From Bryobacterales bacterium (GTDB lineage: Bacteria; Acidobacteriota; Terriglobia; Bryobacterales; UBA6623): 64,000 bases of DNA. How positions within the stretch are numbered: the stretch's first letter is position 1; each line of letters starts with the position of its first letter. Positions 1 through 7,617 of this stretch are shown piece by piece. The position numbers were made by a program, and so were the translations under genes. The notes beneath the pieces were generated by a model. That model searched no databases. It was not told where the DNA came from and saw nothing but the letters and a program-made list of their open reading frames with translations. The stretch covers positions 2,899,827-2,963,826 of the forward strand of contig OZ242366.1 of the NCBI GenBank assembly GCA_965208945.1, in the 5' to 3' direction.

Positions 1-305
1 AACACGTCCAGCGTCTTGCGGAGCTGCAGCAAACCCTTCTCGGGCCGCTTCTCCGGCGCGAGGTTGTCGAACTCCGGCAGACCCACCGCGCCGAGCAGCG
101 TGGCGTCGGTTTCCAGAGCCAGCCGCCGTGTCTCCTCCGGGAAGGAGACGCCCGTCTCGTGAATGGCGATCCCGCCGAGAAGCCCTTCTCGCAGGCGCAG
201 CTCGTGGTTCCATTTCGCTGCGGCGTGTTCGAGGACTCGAACCGCCTCGCGAGTGACTTCGGGACCGATGCCGTCGCCCGGCAGGACAAGAATGTCGAGT
301 TTCAT
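1..305 (-). CDS. leuB: 3-isopropylmalate dehydrogenase, N-terminal fragment (gene runs off the window start)
   Basis: Not in the ORF track because it is cut by the window edge. The reverse complement from ATG 305-303 reads MKLDILVLPGDGIGPEVTREAVRVLEHAAAKWNHELRLREGLLGGIAIHETG, the conserved LeuB/IDH-family N-terminus. It lies 78 bp downstream of leuA on the same strand. Confidence 0.8.
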   Translation of the reverse strand, partial: MKLDILVLPGDGIGPEVTREAVRVLEHAAAKWNHELRLREGLLGGIAIHETGVSFPEETRRLALETDATLLGAVGLPEFDNLAPEKRPEKGLLQLRKTLDV

Positions 306-383
306 GGTAGGGAGCTACTTCTTTCTTTCGGGCCGAGGGTCACTCCAGCGATGACGGTCTGGCCGAGATGGAGCCTGAATCGA

Positions 384-1583
384 TCAGGCGATGGGAGCGA
401 GTACTTCCGCCGGCTGCTGAACGGCCTTCTTCCTGATCTGGAACTGCTCGACGAGAGCAGCGATGTCATCGTTCGTCAGGCCCTTGCGGTTGTCGGCAAG
501 AGCGGTGAACGCCTCGTAGAGCCGGTTGAGTTGATCGCGGGAAGGCTCTTCATATCCCAGGTCCTTCACCCGCTCGTGCAGAGCATGACGCCCGCTGTGC
601 TTGCCCAGCACCAGGTTCGTAGCCGGGACGCCCACCATCTCCGGCTGCATGATCTCGTAGCACAGCGGGTTCTTCAGGTAGCCGTCCTGGTGGATGCCCG
701 CTTCGTGCGCGAACGCGTTCGCGCCGACGATCGCCTTGTTCGGCTGCGGGCCGAACGCAATCTGCCGCGCCAGCAATTGACTGGTGGGATAGAGGTGCTC
801 GGGGCGAATGTTCGTGTAGTACGGCACGCGGTCCGACCGCACCTTCATGATCATCACGCATTCTTCGAGCGAGCAGTTGCCGGCCCGTTCGCCGATGCCG
901 TTGATGGTGCATTCGATCTGCCGCGCTCCCACCATCACCGCCGCCAGGGCATTGGCGGCCGCCAGGCCCAGATCGTTGTGGGTGTGTACGCTCACGATAG
1001 CGCGGTCGCCCACCGCTTCCACGACTCGTCCGATCATCTCCGCGTATTCCTCGGGCACCATGAATCCGACCGTGTCGGGGATGTTGATCGTGGTCGCGCC
1101 GGCATCCACCGCGGCCTTCGAGATACGGCAGAGAAAGTCCAGGCTCGTGCGGCTGCCGTCTTCGGCCGAGAACTCGACGTCGTCGACATGCCGCCTGGCT
1201 TGCTCGACGCCCTTGACGGCCGCTTCGAGCACTTCCTCCTCGGTCATGTGAAGCTTGTACTTGAGGTGAATTTCGCTGGTCGCGATAAAGCAGTGCAGCC
1301 GCGGCTTCTTCGCCTTGTCGAGCGCGTCGAGGGCGCGGTCGATATCCCTCGGAACCGCCCTGGCCAGCGCCGCGACCCGCGCTTCCGGGAATTCGCGCGA
1401 AACGGCTTGCACCGCCTCGTAATCGCCGACGGAAGCGATCGGAAAGCCTGCCTCGAGCAGGTCAACGCCCATCTCGACGAGGTTCTTCGCCACTTCGAGC
1501 TTCTCCGGGGTCGTCATGCTGCACCCGGGGGACTGCTCGCCGTCCCGCAGGGTCGTGTCGAAGATATAGACTCGTTCGGACAT
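384..1583 (-). CDS. leuA: 2-isopropylmalate synthase-type enzyme, 399-aa short form without the C-terminal regulatory domain
   Basis: ORF track 399 aa. Motifs IFDTTLRDGEQSPG, HTHNDLGLA, GERAGN and FAHEAGIHQDG match LeuA/HMGL-like TIM-barrel synthases. leuB follows directly. Confidence 0.8.
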   Translation of the reverse strand: MSERVYIFDTTLRDGEQSPGCSMTTPEKLEVAKNLVEMGVDLLEAGFPIASVGDYEAVQAVSREFPEARVAALARAVPRDIDRALDALDKAKKPRLHCFIATSEIHLKYKLHMTEEEVLEAAVKGVEQARRHVDDVEFSAEDGSRTSLDFLCRISKAAVDAGATTINIPDTVGFMVPEEYAEMIGRVVEAVGDRAIVSVHTHNDLGLAAANALAAVMVGARQIECTINGIGERAGNCSLEECVMIMKVRSDRVPYYTNIRPEHLYPTSQLLARQIAFGPQPNKAIVGANAFAHEAGIHQDGYLKNPLCYEIMQPEMVGVPATNLVLGKHSGRHALHERVKDLGYEEPSRDQLNRLYEAFTALADNRKGLTNDDIAALVEQFQIRKKAVQQPAEVLAPIA

Positions 1584-1672
1584 GGACTGCTTCCCTTTCG
1601 CTCATCAGTAAAGCAGCCGTCCGGCCATAATGCAAGTTAATAATTTTTCTTGGCACTATATGAAAAAGTGAT

Positions 1673-1693
1673 ATGATAACAGGGGCTTATCAT
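1673..1693. promoter_or_regulatory. Candidate LysR-type operator (T-N11-A box) in the leuA/lysR divergent region
   Basis: Perfect inverted repeat ATGATAA-N7-TTATCAT in the AT-rich 143-bp gap between the divergent leuA and the LysR regulator gene. Confidence 0.35.
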
Positions 1694-1738
1694 CGTGCAA
1701 AGTTTCATTACCGCTGAACCGGCCCTTTGAGTCACACC

Positions 1739-2644
1739 ATGGACCTTCAACTGCTCGGCTCGTTCAAGGCGGTCGTCGAGGAGGGCAGCTTCTCCGCCGC
1801 CGGACAGCGCCTGCGGCGAACGCAGCCGGCCGTTTCGATCGCCCTCAAGCGCCTCGAAACCGAGTTGGGCGAAAAGCTGATCGACCGCTCCTCGAAGAGC
1901 GTCGTGCTGACCGATGCCGGCAAGGCGGTCTACGAGTACTCCAAGCGTTTCGACGACCTCAAGAAGGAGTTGCGGAACCGCCTGGTCGAGCTGCGGGACA
2001 AGAGCACCGGCAGCCTGTCGATCGGCGCCAACGAATCGACGGCGCTCTATCTGCTGCGGCACGTCGAGGAGTATCGAACGCTCTATCCGGGTGTCAAGGT
2101 CGAGATGCGGCGCAGCTTGTCGAGCCGCATCCCCGCGTCCATCGCCGCTGGATCGCTCGACCTGGGGGTCATCAGCTACGATCCCGAGGACCCGAAGCTC
2201 GTCACACGGGTGATCTACAACGACAGCCTGGTGTTCATCGTCTCGCCCAGACACCGCTTCGCCGGCCGCGAGCAGGTGCGCATCACCGAGCTCGGCATGG
2301 AATCGTTCATTGCGCACAACGTCATCAGCCCGTACCGCAAAAACGTGGTGGACGCCTTCCGCCGGCACGGCGTGCCCCTGAACATGAACCTCGAGTTGCC
2401 GACGATCGAGACCATCCGCCGCATGGTGCAAGCCAACCTCGGAGTGACCTTCATGCCAAAGATGTGCGTCGAGCGGGAACTGGTCTCGGGGAGCCTCGTC
2501 AGCGTGCCGGTCGACGAGGTCGGGATGGAGCGAAAAATCAACCTCGTCCATGCCGCGAAACGCCAGCTCTCTCACGCCGCTCGAGCCTTCCTGGAGCTTG
2601 TCGAGCAACGCGATGCCGAGGCGGGCTGGGCCGTCGCTCCCTGA
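1739..2644 (+). CDS. LysR-family transcriptional regulator
   Basis: N-terminal wHTH (FSAAGQRLRRTQPAVSIALKRLETELGEKLIDR) followed by a LysR substrate-binding-type region. Divergent from leuA. ATG 1739 is preferred over the TTG at 1727 used in the ORF track. Confidence 0.85.
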   Translation: MDLQLLGSFKAVVEEGSFSAAGQRLRRTQPAVSIALKRLETELGEKLIDRSSKSVVLTDAGKAVYEYSKRFDDLKKELRNRLVELRDKSTGSLSIGANESTALYLLRHVEEYRTLYPGVKVEMRRSLSSRIPASIAAGSLDLGVISYDPEDPKLVTRVIYNDSLVFIVSPRHRFAGREQVRITELGMESFIAHNVISPYRKNVVDAFRRHGVPLNMNLELPTIETIRRMVQANLGVTFMPKMCVERELVSGSLVSVPVDEVGMERKINLVHAAKRQLSHAARAFLELVEQRDAEAGWAVAP

Positions 2645-2659
2645 TAGAATCAGCATCTA

Positions 2660-2862
2660 GCCTCCATTTCTCACCACATGGCGAGGCGAAGTGGGTGAGA
2701 GGGCTGTCAGGACTAGGAGCAAGCCGGGCGGAGGAAAAAGGCGCGAGCCGCTTGGCGCGCGCAGGCGTACTTGAACAGTACGTTGAGCACGGCAAGCAAG
2801 CGCAACGAAGTCCTGGCGGTCGTATCGCGTGCTTCGACCGTCGGGTGGTGAGAAATGCAGGC
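2660..2862 (+). repeat. PAL element copy A1 (long form): TA-flanked palindromic MITE-like repeat
   Basis: Termini GCCTCCATTTCTCACCAC ... GTGGTGAGAAATGCAGGC, apex GTACTTGAACAGTAC, TA on both flanks (2658-2659, 2863-2864). Starts 15 bp after the lysR stop. Confidence 0.85.
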
Positions 2863-2965
2863 TAAAGCCCGTGCCGGTCAGCAAGCAAGACGTGAGGCGG
2901 CTGTCAAGCGGACAACAACCGGTGCTGCCCGAGAATGTACAGCGGAGTGAAAGCGAGGCAACCCA

Positions 2966-3193
2966 ATGACGAGTTGGGAGACCTGTGATGCCGTTGAACG
3001 CCATCCGAACAAGGTCAGCGGCGCCTGGGTGTTTCGTGGAACGCGCGTGCCCGTATCCGCGCTCTTCGAGAATCTCAAGGATGGCGCATCGGTCGAGCAG
3101 TTCCTGGAGTGGTTCCCCGGCGTCGAGGGATGGAAGGTGGAAGCGGTTCTCGCTCACGAAATGAAGGCGTTGGCCGACTCGGTTCGTTCGTGA
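2966..3193 (+). CDS. DUF433-type small protein (antitoxin-like partner of DUF5615/PIN-like genes)
   Basis: 75 aa. The segment HPNKVSGAWVFRGTRVPVSALFENLKDGASVEQFLEWFP resembles the DUF433 core as I recall it. Its stop overlaps the next ORF start by 4 nt (GTGA). Confidence 0.65.
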   Translation: MTSWETCDAVERHPNKVSGAWVFRGTRVPVSALFENLKDGASVEQFLEWFPGVEGWKVEAVLAHEMKALADSVRS

Positions 3194-3327
3194 GGATTCT
3201 GTTCGATCAGGGCGCACCTGTTCCCCTTCGCCGGCATCTCGCCGGACACTCGGTCGATACGGCCTTCAAGATTTTTCACGAATCACGAGACACGAGTCAC
3301 GAATCACGGCCTTTCATGCCAGACTGA
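3190..3327 (+). pseudogene. Truncated DUF5615 (Mut7-C/PIN-like) toxin remnant
   Basis: Starts at a GTG overlapping the DUF433 stop. The first ~27 codons (VRILFDQGAPVPLRRHLAGHSVDTAFK) look like a DUF5615 N-terminus. From ~3268 the frame is translated heptad-repeat DNA (IFHESRDTSHESRPF). Confidence 0.5.
3259..3314 (+). repeat. Heptad tract (CACGARN)n bounded by ACGGCCTT
   Basis: ACGGCCTTCAAGATTTTTCACGAATCACGAGACACGAGTCACGAATCACGGCCTTT. Confidence 0.8.
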
Positions 3328-4450
3328 CTCGCTTGACGCGGATCTTCTCGTCGTCGTAAACGCCGAGGCCCATGTTCCCGGCCAGTTCGATATGCTCGAC
3401 CTGGCAGTTCAGCCAGCGGCTGTCTTCGTCGGGTTTGAGCAGGGCGATGGATGGTACGCCGACCTCGGCGCGCTTCTCGTCGATGACCTTCCAGCCGGTC
3501 TTGTCGAGCGCCACCGGATCGGTCGCGAAGTACATCGTCTTGTGCTCCCACGTGTACTTGCCCACCTTGCTTCCCGGCCCGCCGTGATAGGCGCCCTTCA
3601 CGCCGTCGAGGATGTGCAGCTTCACCTTGTCGCGAATGATCGGCAGATCGACCACCGCCGGGATGAAGATGCCGCAGGCGTTCGCGGTCGTCGTGGCATG
3701 GCTGCGATTGACGTTGTTGACGAACCCGTGGGACATGTTCTTGAGGGCCAGAGTCACGCCCGCGGATTGGTGATGCTTCAGCACGCAGATGTTGATCACT
3801 TTGTCGACCGCTTGGCTGAGCCACTTGCAGACGTATGACCGCCGTATGTGCGGATCGTCCAGGCGGTACTCTTCCGCGTACTCCGGATGGACAAGCGGCA
3901 TTTCCATGTAGACGTCGCGGTCGTAGCCGTCCATGTCGAGCTGGATGCGGTGATAGGTCTCGGTGGCGTTCATGAAGCGCACGCCCTCGGGCAGCCATTT
4001 GTCGAAGCCCGCGCCCATGAACGAGGCCTTCGTGCGCTCATAGACGACGATATCCCTGTTCGGGATGCCGGCCTCGTTGAGTCCGTCCACGAGGGTGTGG
4101 AGAACCGTCTGGTCCGAGATCACGTAGGGCCGGCCGACGCCGTTGACCTTGATCCCGACGACGTCGCCCGGCTCGAAGAATTTCCGCAATGAATCGACGA
4201 GGCTCTCGGCGTGGGTCAACTCGGTCAAGCCGCGCTCGATCATGCCGTGGACGGCACCGCGCTGATATTCCCCCGCTACGATGCTGCCGGGATGGTCGAC
4301 GGCCACCACCCGTCCCGGGTAGGGCCCGGGTATGCCGGGCTGCGCCTCAGGATCGGTTGCGGCGGTTTGGTGTTCGGCGATTCGCTGTTGGCAGGCGGCG
4401 GCAGACGCCGCTAGCGAGGCGGCGAGAAACTCACGGCGGTCAAGGCTCAT
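3314..4450 (-). CDS. Tat-signal DUF362-domain protein
   Basis: ATG 4450 gives MSLDRREFLAASLAASAAAC (twin-arginine type). Internal GDVVGIKVNGVGRPYV and VLKHHQSAGVTLALKNMSHGFV resemble DUF362. The upstream part of the 524-aa track ORF is non-coding repeat DNA. Confidence 0.65.
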   Translation of the reverse strand: MSLDRREFLAASLAASAAACQQRIAEHQTAATDPEAQPGIPGPYPGRVVAVDHPGSIVAGEYQRGAVHGMIERGLTELTHAESLVDSLRKFFEPGDVVGIKVNGVGRPYVISDQTVLHTLVDGLNEAGIPNRDIVVYERTKASFMGAGFDKWLPEGVRFMNATETYHRIQLDMDGYDRDVYMEMPLVHPEYAEEYRLDDPHIRRSYVCKWLSQAVDKVINICVLKHHQSAGVTLALKNMSHGFVNNVNRSHATTTANACGIFIPAVVDLPIIRDKVKLHILDGVKGAYHGGPGSKVGKYTWEHKTMYFATDPVALDKTGWKVIDEKRAEVGVPSIALLKPDEDSRWLNCQVEHIELAGNMGLGVYDDEKIRVKRVSLA

Positions 4451-4607
4451 GCTCTGATTCTCCCGGACAAGAATATTTGGCATGATTGTACTCCCGTCAG
4501 AACACTTCTGGCCGGTCATGCGGCCCGCTGACACCTGCGAACCCGACCCCGGCCGGGAGTCGCGGGCGCTGTCTGCCTCCTCGGGCGGTCCTGAAACATT
4601 CTCCTGA

Positions 4608-4672
4608 TCAAGCGGCATCGATCCCGGCCCGGATGTTGCCGTCTTGGATGATCGGCGCGCGGGCGGAGGAAA
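4608..4672. repeat. Short dispersed repeat M1, copy a
   Basis: A 65-nt block, about 48/65 identical to 6468-6532, with conserved sub-blocks TCAAGCGGC, CCGGCCCGGATGTT, ATGATC and CGGGCGGAGGAAA. Confidence 0.6.
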
Positions 4673-4697
4673 GACTGGCTTGGCCTTGGGCCGGGAA

Positions 4698-4745
4698 GCA
4701 GGACAACGGACCGCCGCGTGAACCGGACTCGAATGTGAATCCTGG
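4698..4745. repeat. Short dispersed repeat M2, copy a
   Basis: GCAGGACAACGGACCGCCGCGTGAACCGGACTCGAATGTGAATCCTGG, near-identical to 7301-7349. Confidence 0.6.
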
Positions 4746-4761
4746 GCCGCGAAGAAAAGAA

Positions 4762-4998
4762 TTAGTTCGGCAGGTCGCCGGTGATCTTCGCCAGCACTTC
4801 GTCGAACAGGGCCGCTTTCTTGCTGGGTTTCTTCTTGGCGCCGCCTTTGCCACGCCGGTAGTTGTGAGTGTAATAACAGATGCGGCACTCGACCTTCGCG
4901 GGCGAGCCGTCAACGATCGAGACCACGGAGTGATTCGTCACCATCCTGCACTTCGAGCAGTGGTCATCGATCATGTCGCCAAGACGCAATTCGGACAT
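4762..4998 (-). CDS. Small zinc-ribbon-like protein (CxxC...CxxC) with a Lys-rich tail
   Basis: ATG 4998 is preceded by AGGAG. The product is MSELRLGDMIDDHCSKCRMVTNHSVV...VECRICYYTHNYRRGKGGAKKKPSKK. No named family recognised. Confidence 0.45.
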   Translation of the reverse strand: MSELRLGDMIDDHCSKCRMVTNHSVVSIVDGSPAKVECRICYYTHNYRRGKGGAKKKPSKKAALFDEVLAKITGDLPN

Positions 4999-5081
4999 GA
5001 TGCAACTCCTGGGAGGGACTCCCATTATCGCATGAGACGGCGGGCGTGTGCGTTGCGTAGCTTTCAGTGAAGCGGCGCAGG

Positions 5082-6443
5082 CTAGCGGTTCGACAGGCAG
5101 TAGAGATACTCGGCCGTCCGGATATACAACTCGTTCCCGACAGGCGCGGGTGTCGCCAGCGTGTGGTCGTTGAGTTGATTCTGCGCCAGCATCTTGAACT
5201 CGTCGCCGGCCTCCACCACCGTCGTCGTGCCTTCCTCGTTGGTCGCGTAGATTTTGCCGTCCGCCAGGATGGGCGATGCGCTGTACGTGCCGGGCGCCAG
5301 GCGCTGCCGGTCCCAGAGGATATCGCCCGAGGCCGCGTCGAACGCCATCATGATCCCGCGGTCATTCACGACGAAGATCCGCTTGCCATCGGTCGTGGGC
5401 GTGGGCACGTCCGAGCCGAGGTTGTTCTTCCAAACGAGATTGCTGTCGGTGATGTCGCCCGATCCGCCCGGCTTGAAAGCGATGAACGGCTTGCCGCGCG
5501 TGCTGGTCGTGTAAACGACCCCTCCGGTGGTCACCGACGAAGCGATCGTGCGGTACATGCGTCCGTTCTCCGGGTTCAGGCCGCCCATGCGCCATAGCTC
5601 CTCGCCGGAATGCAGGTCGTGGCCCGTCACGTAATCGCCGCCCGAGACCACCAGTTGCAGCTTTCCGCCGGCGGTCACCAGAATCGGCGTCGAGTAGTCA
5701 TCGGGCGACTCCATCACGGCATCCGTCCAGCGGTCCACCTTCCACACGGTCTTGCCGGTCTTGGCGTCCACCGCGAAGACGTACGACGGATCGTCCGTCT
5801 TCATGCCGTGCAACACCTGGATGTAGAGCCGGCCGTCGTGCAGCAACGGAGACGATCCATACCCGTGATTCAATCCGAACCGGCCATAGTCCTGCTGGAT
5901 CTCGCGCCGCCAGATTCGCTCGCCCGCCATGTCGAAGCAGGTCAGGGTGCCCGCGCCGGTGAAGGTCCAGATACGGTTGCCGTCCGTGACCGGAGAGGGC
6001 GACGCCAGATTCTGCTTGCGGTAGAGCAGGTTTCCGGTCCCGATCTGCTGCCGCCATTTGACCTTGCCGTCACTGCGCTGGATCGCCAGCAGGTACATCT
6101 CGTCGTTTTCGGCTCCCGGGTTGGGAGGCCGCGGCTGTCCCCGGCGGTAGTTGCGCTGCAGGATTTGAAAGCCCTTCTGCGCCGAGGTCACGTACACCGT
6201 GTCTTCCCAGATGATCGGGGTGGCCGCGCTCCAACTCGGCAATGCGATACGCCACTTGACGTTTTCGGTCTCGCTCCAATTCGTGGGCAGGTTCTTGGCC
6301 GTCGTGCTGCTCCCGTTCAAGTGCGGCCCGCGCCACTGCGGCCAGTATTCGTTCGGGTTCGCTCCCGTAAGGGAAACCGCGAGAACCAACGCCACGACCC
6401 CGACTGATCCAATCAGCTTTTTCGACAAAGCCTCTCCTCCCAT
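5082..6443 (-). CDS. Secreted PQQ-like beta-propeller repeat protein
   Basis: 453 aa. Signal peptide, then WPQWRGPHLNGSS and repeated W/G propeller blades. An alternative TTG start at 6428 has a stronger SD (GGAGGAG). Confidence 0.7.
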   Translation of the reverse strand: MGGEALSKKLIGSVGVVALVLAVSLTGANPNEYWPQWRGPHLNGSSTTAKNLPTNWSETENVKWRIALPSWSAATPIIWEDTVYVTSAQKGFQILQRNYRRGQPRPPNPGAENDEMYLLAIQRSDGKVKWRQQIGTGNLLYRKQNLASPSPVTDGNRIWTFTGAGTLTCFDMAGERIWRREIQQDYGRFGLNHGYGSSPLLHDGRLYIQVLHGMKTDDPSYVFAVDAKTGKTVWKVDRWTDAVMESPDDYSTPILVTAGGKLQLVVSGGDYVTGHDLHSGEELWRMGGLNPENGRMYRTIASSVTTGGVVYTTSTRGKPFIAFKPGGSGDITDSNLVWKNNLGSDVPTPTTDGKRIFVVNDRGIMMAFDAASGDILWDRQRLAPGTYSASPILADGKIYATNEEGTTTVVEAGDEFKMLAQNQLNDHTLATPAPVGNELYIRTAEYLYCLSNR

Positions 6444-6467
6444 ATCTGACCTGAAATATCACCCGGC

Positions 6468-6532
6468 TCAAGCGGCCTTGAAACCGGCCCGGATGTTTCC
6501 CGTTTTTATGATCCGCACACGGGCGGAGGAAA
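6468..6532. repeat. Short dispersed repeat M1, copy b
   Basis: See 4608-4672. Lies 25 nt upstream of the propeller gene ATG. Confidence 0.6.
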
Positions 6533-6707
6533 TACCGGCCCGAAGCGGCCGCCAATGCCCGGCCATCATATCACAGCGTACCGCCGCCGCCCGCGTGATC
6601 AGGGGCTTGTGCATCGACCTCAAGGGCGTATCGGCCTTATCGCCTGATCCGGCCCTCGGGTCACGCAATACGAGACACGAATTACGGCTTTGGAGCATGA
6701 TGGTGGT

Positions 6708-6938
6708 ATGAAGATGAAGACATCTATCACACTTGAAAAAGAGGTGGTTGCAGCCGTTGAACAGGCTGCCCGCGAGGGAGAAAGCCGATCCCAAGTGATT
6801 GAGCGGCTGCTGCGTCAGAGCTTTGCAGCGCGAGAAAGAGACGCGACCGACCAGCGCGACCGCAAGATCATCAACGCGCACGCCGATGAACTCAACGAAG
6901 AAGCGGTCGATGTCCTTGGCTATCAGGTGGAAACGTGA
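6708..6938 (+). CDS. Ribbon-helix-helix (CopG/MazE-like) antitoxin
   Basis: [35 protein letters not shown] is an RHH-type N-terminus. Its stop overlaps the mazF-like GTG by 4 nt. Confidence 0.65.
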   Translation: MKMKTSITLEKEVVAAVEQAAREGESRSQVIERLLRQSFAARERDATDQRDRKIINAHADELNEEAVDVLGYQVET

Positions 6939-7276
6939 GGCGCGGCGATCTCTACCGGGTCGCGAAACCTCCGGCGCACGACCCGAAGCGCTTTCGGGTG
7001 TTCGTTGTAGTCAGCCGGCAGGCGCTGATCGATTCGCGGTTTTCGACGGACATCTGCGCGCCGGTGTACTCGACGCGCCACGGACTCGCAACACAGGTTG
7101 ATGTCGGACTGGACGAAGGACTTCGACACGATAGCAGCGTGTACTGCGACGAGCTTGTCAGCTTGCAGTAGTCGCAGTTGACTCAATTCGTCGGGAGCCT
7201 CGACGCCGCCAAGCTCAAGTGTCTCGACGACGCATTGATGGTTGCGCTGGGCTGCTCCGCAGTTGGAGAGAACTAG
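6935..7276 (+). pseudogene. mazF: MazF/PemK-family toxin interrupted by an in-frame TAG
   Basis: The 78-aa track ORF (RRGDLYRV...[16 protein letters not shown]...CDELVSLQ) stops at TAG 7169-7171. The same frame continues SQLTQFVGSLDAAKLKCLDDALMVALGC to TAG 7274-7276, giving a normal ~113-codon MazF length. Confidence 0.6.
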
Positions 7277-7300
7277 CGAGGCTCTGCCTCAGACCGACAA

Positions 7301-7349
7301 GCAGGACTTGCGGACCGCCGCGTGAACTTGACTCGAATGTGAACCTTGG
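7301..7349. repeat. Short dispersed repeat M2, copy b
   Basis: GCAGGACTTGCGGACCGCCGCGTGAACTTGACTCGAATGTGAACCTTGG. Confidence 0.6.
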
Positions 7350-7556
7350 CGAGCGGAGAAAACGAACGGATCGGGCCATAGTCTCGCCCCGGTCCAAACC
7401 GATATGCGGGCAAGACAAAATCGTGAGTGATATGAACGCTGTCCGTCTTATCGCGATAACAGGTTTCGGTAGCGGCCTGCTATTGGACTTTTTCCGCTCC
7501 GAGAGCCTCGGTCTCCAATACACGATCAACAGCGCGGAAATATTCCCAGGTTAGCC

Positions 7557-7580
7557 GGGTTCCGCGGCCCTTCGGAACCC
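7557..7580. other. Perfect 8-bp GC-rich hairpin upstream of selD
   Basis: GGGTTCCG-cggccctt-CGGAACCC. No T-run follows on either strand, so its function is unknown. Confidence 0.3.
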
Positions 7581-7617
7581 CTCAGAAAGACGAGGCGTAG
7601 CCGGGCGTCGCGGCGTT

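Noticed and set aside
1650-1668. Sigma-54 promoter suggested by TTGGCAC in the leuA/lysR intergenic region.
   Set aside because: The -12 element (TTGC) is absent at the required spacing; the sequence reads TGGCACTATATGAAAA.
2538-2795. Recurrent peptides encoded inside PAL copies, such as MPCSTYCSSTPARAKRLAP... on the minus strand and ...HFSPRGEAKCVRGPSG... on the plus strand.
   Set aside because: They are translations of a palindromic repeat that is readable on both strands. Their start and stop positions vary between copies and are broken by the indels that define the long and short forms.
4698-4745. tRNA or tRNA-Sec-like fragment, considered because the minus strand of repeat M2 contains TTCGAGTCC (T-loop-like) and selD is nearby.
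   Set aside because: The flanking bases do not form a T-stem, and no acceptor or anticodon arms can be drawn. The same sequence is simply a dispersed repeat (second copy at 7301-7349).
7490-7590. Minus-strand frame ending GVPKGRGTRLTWEYFRAVDRVLETEALGAEKVQ*, which looks like the C-terminus of a real protein, and a 40-codon plus-strand ORF MNAVRLIAITGFGS... in the same gap.
   Set aside because: The minus frame is closed by a TGA immediately upstream and has no start codon. The plus ORF has no SD and no recognisable family. Possibly a gene relic, but not supportable as a feature.
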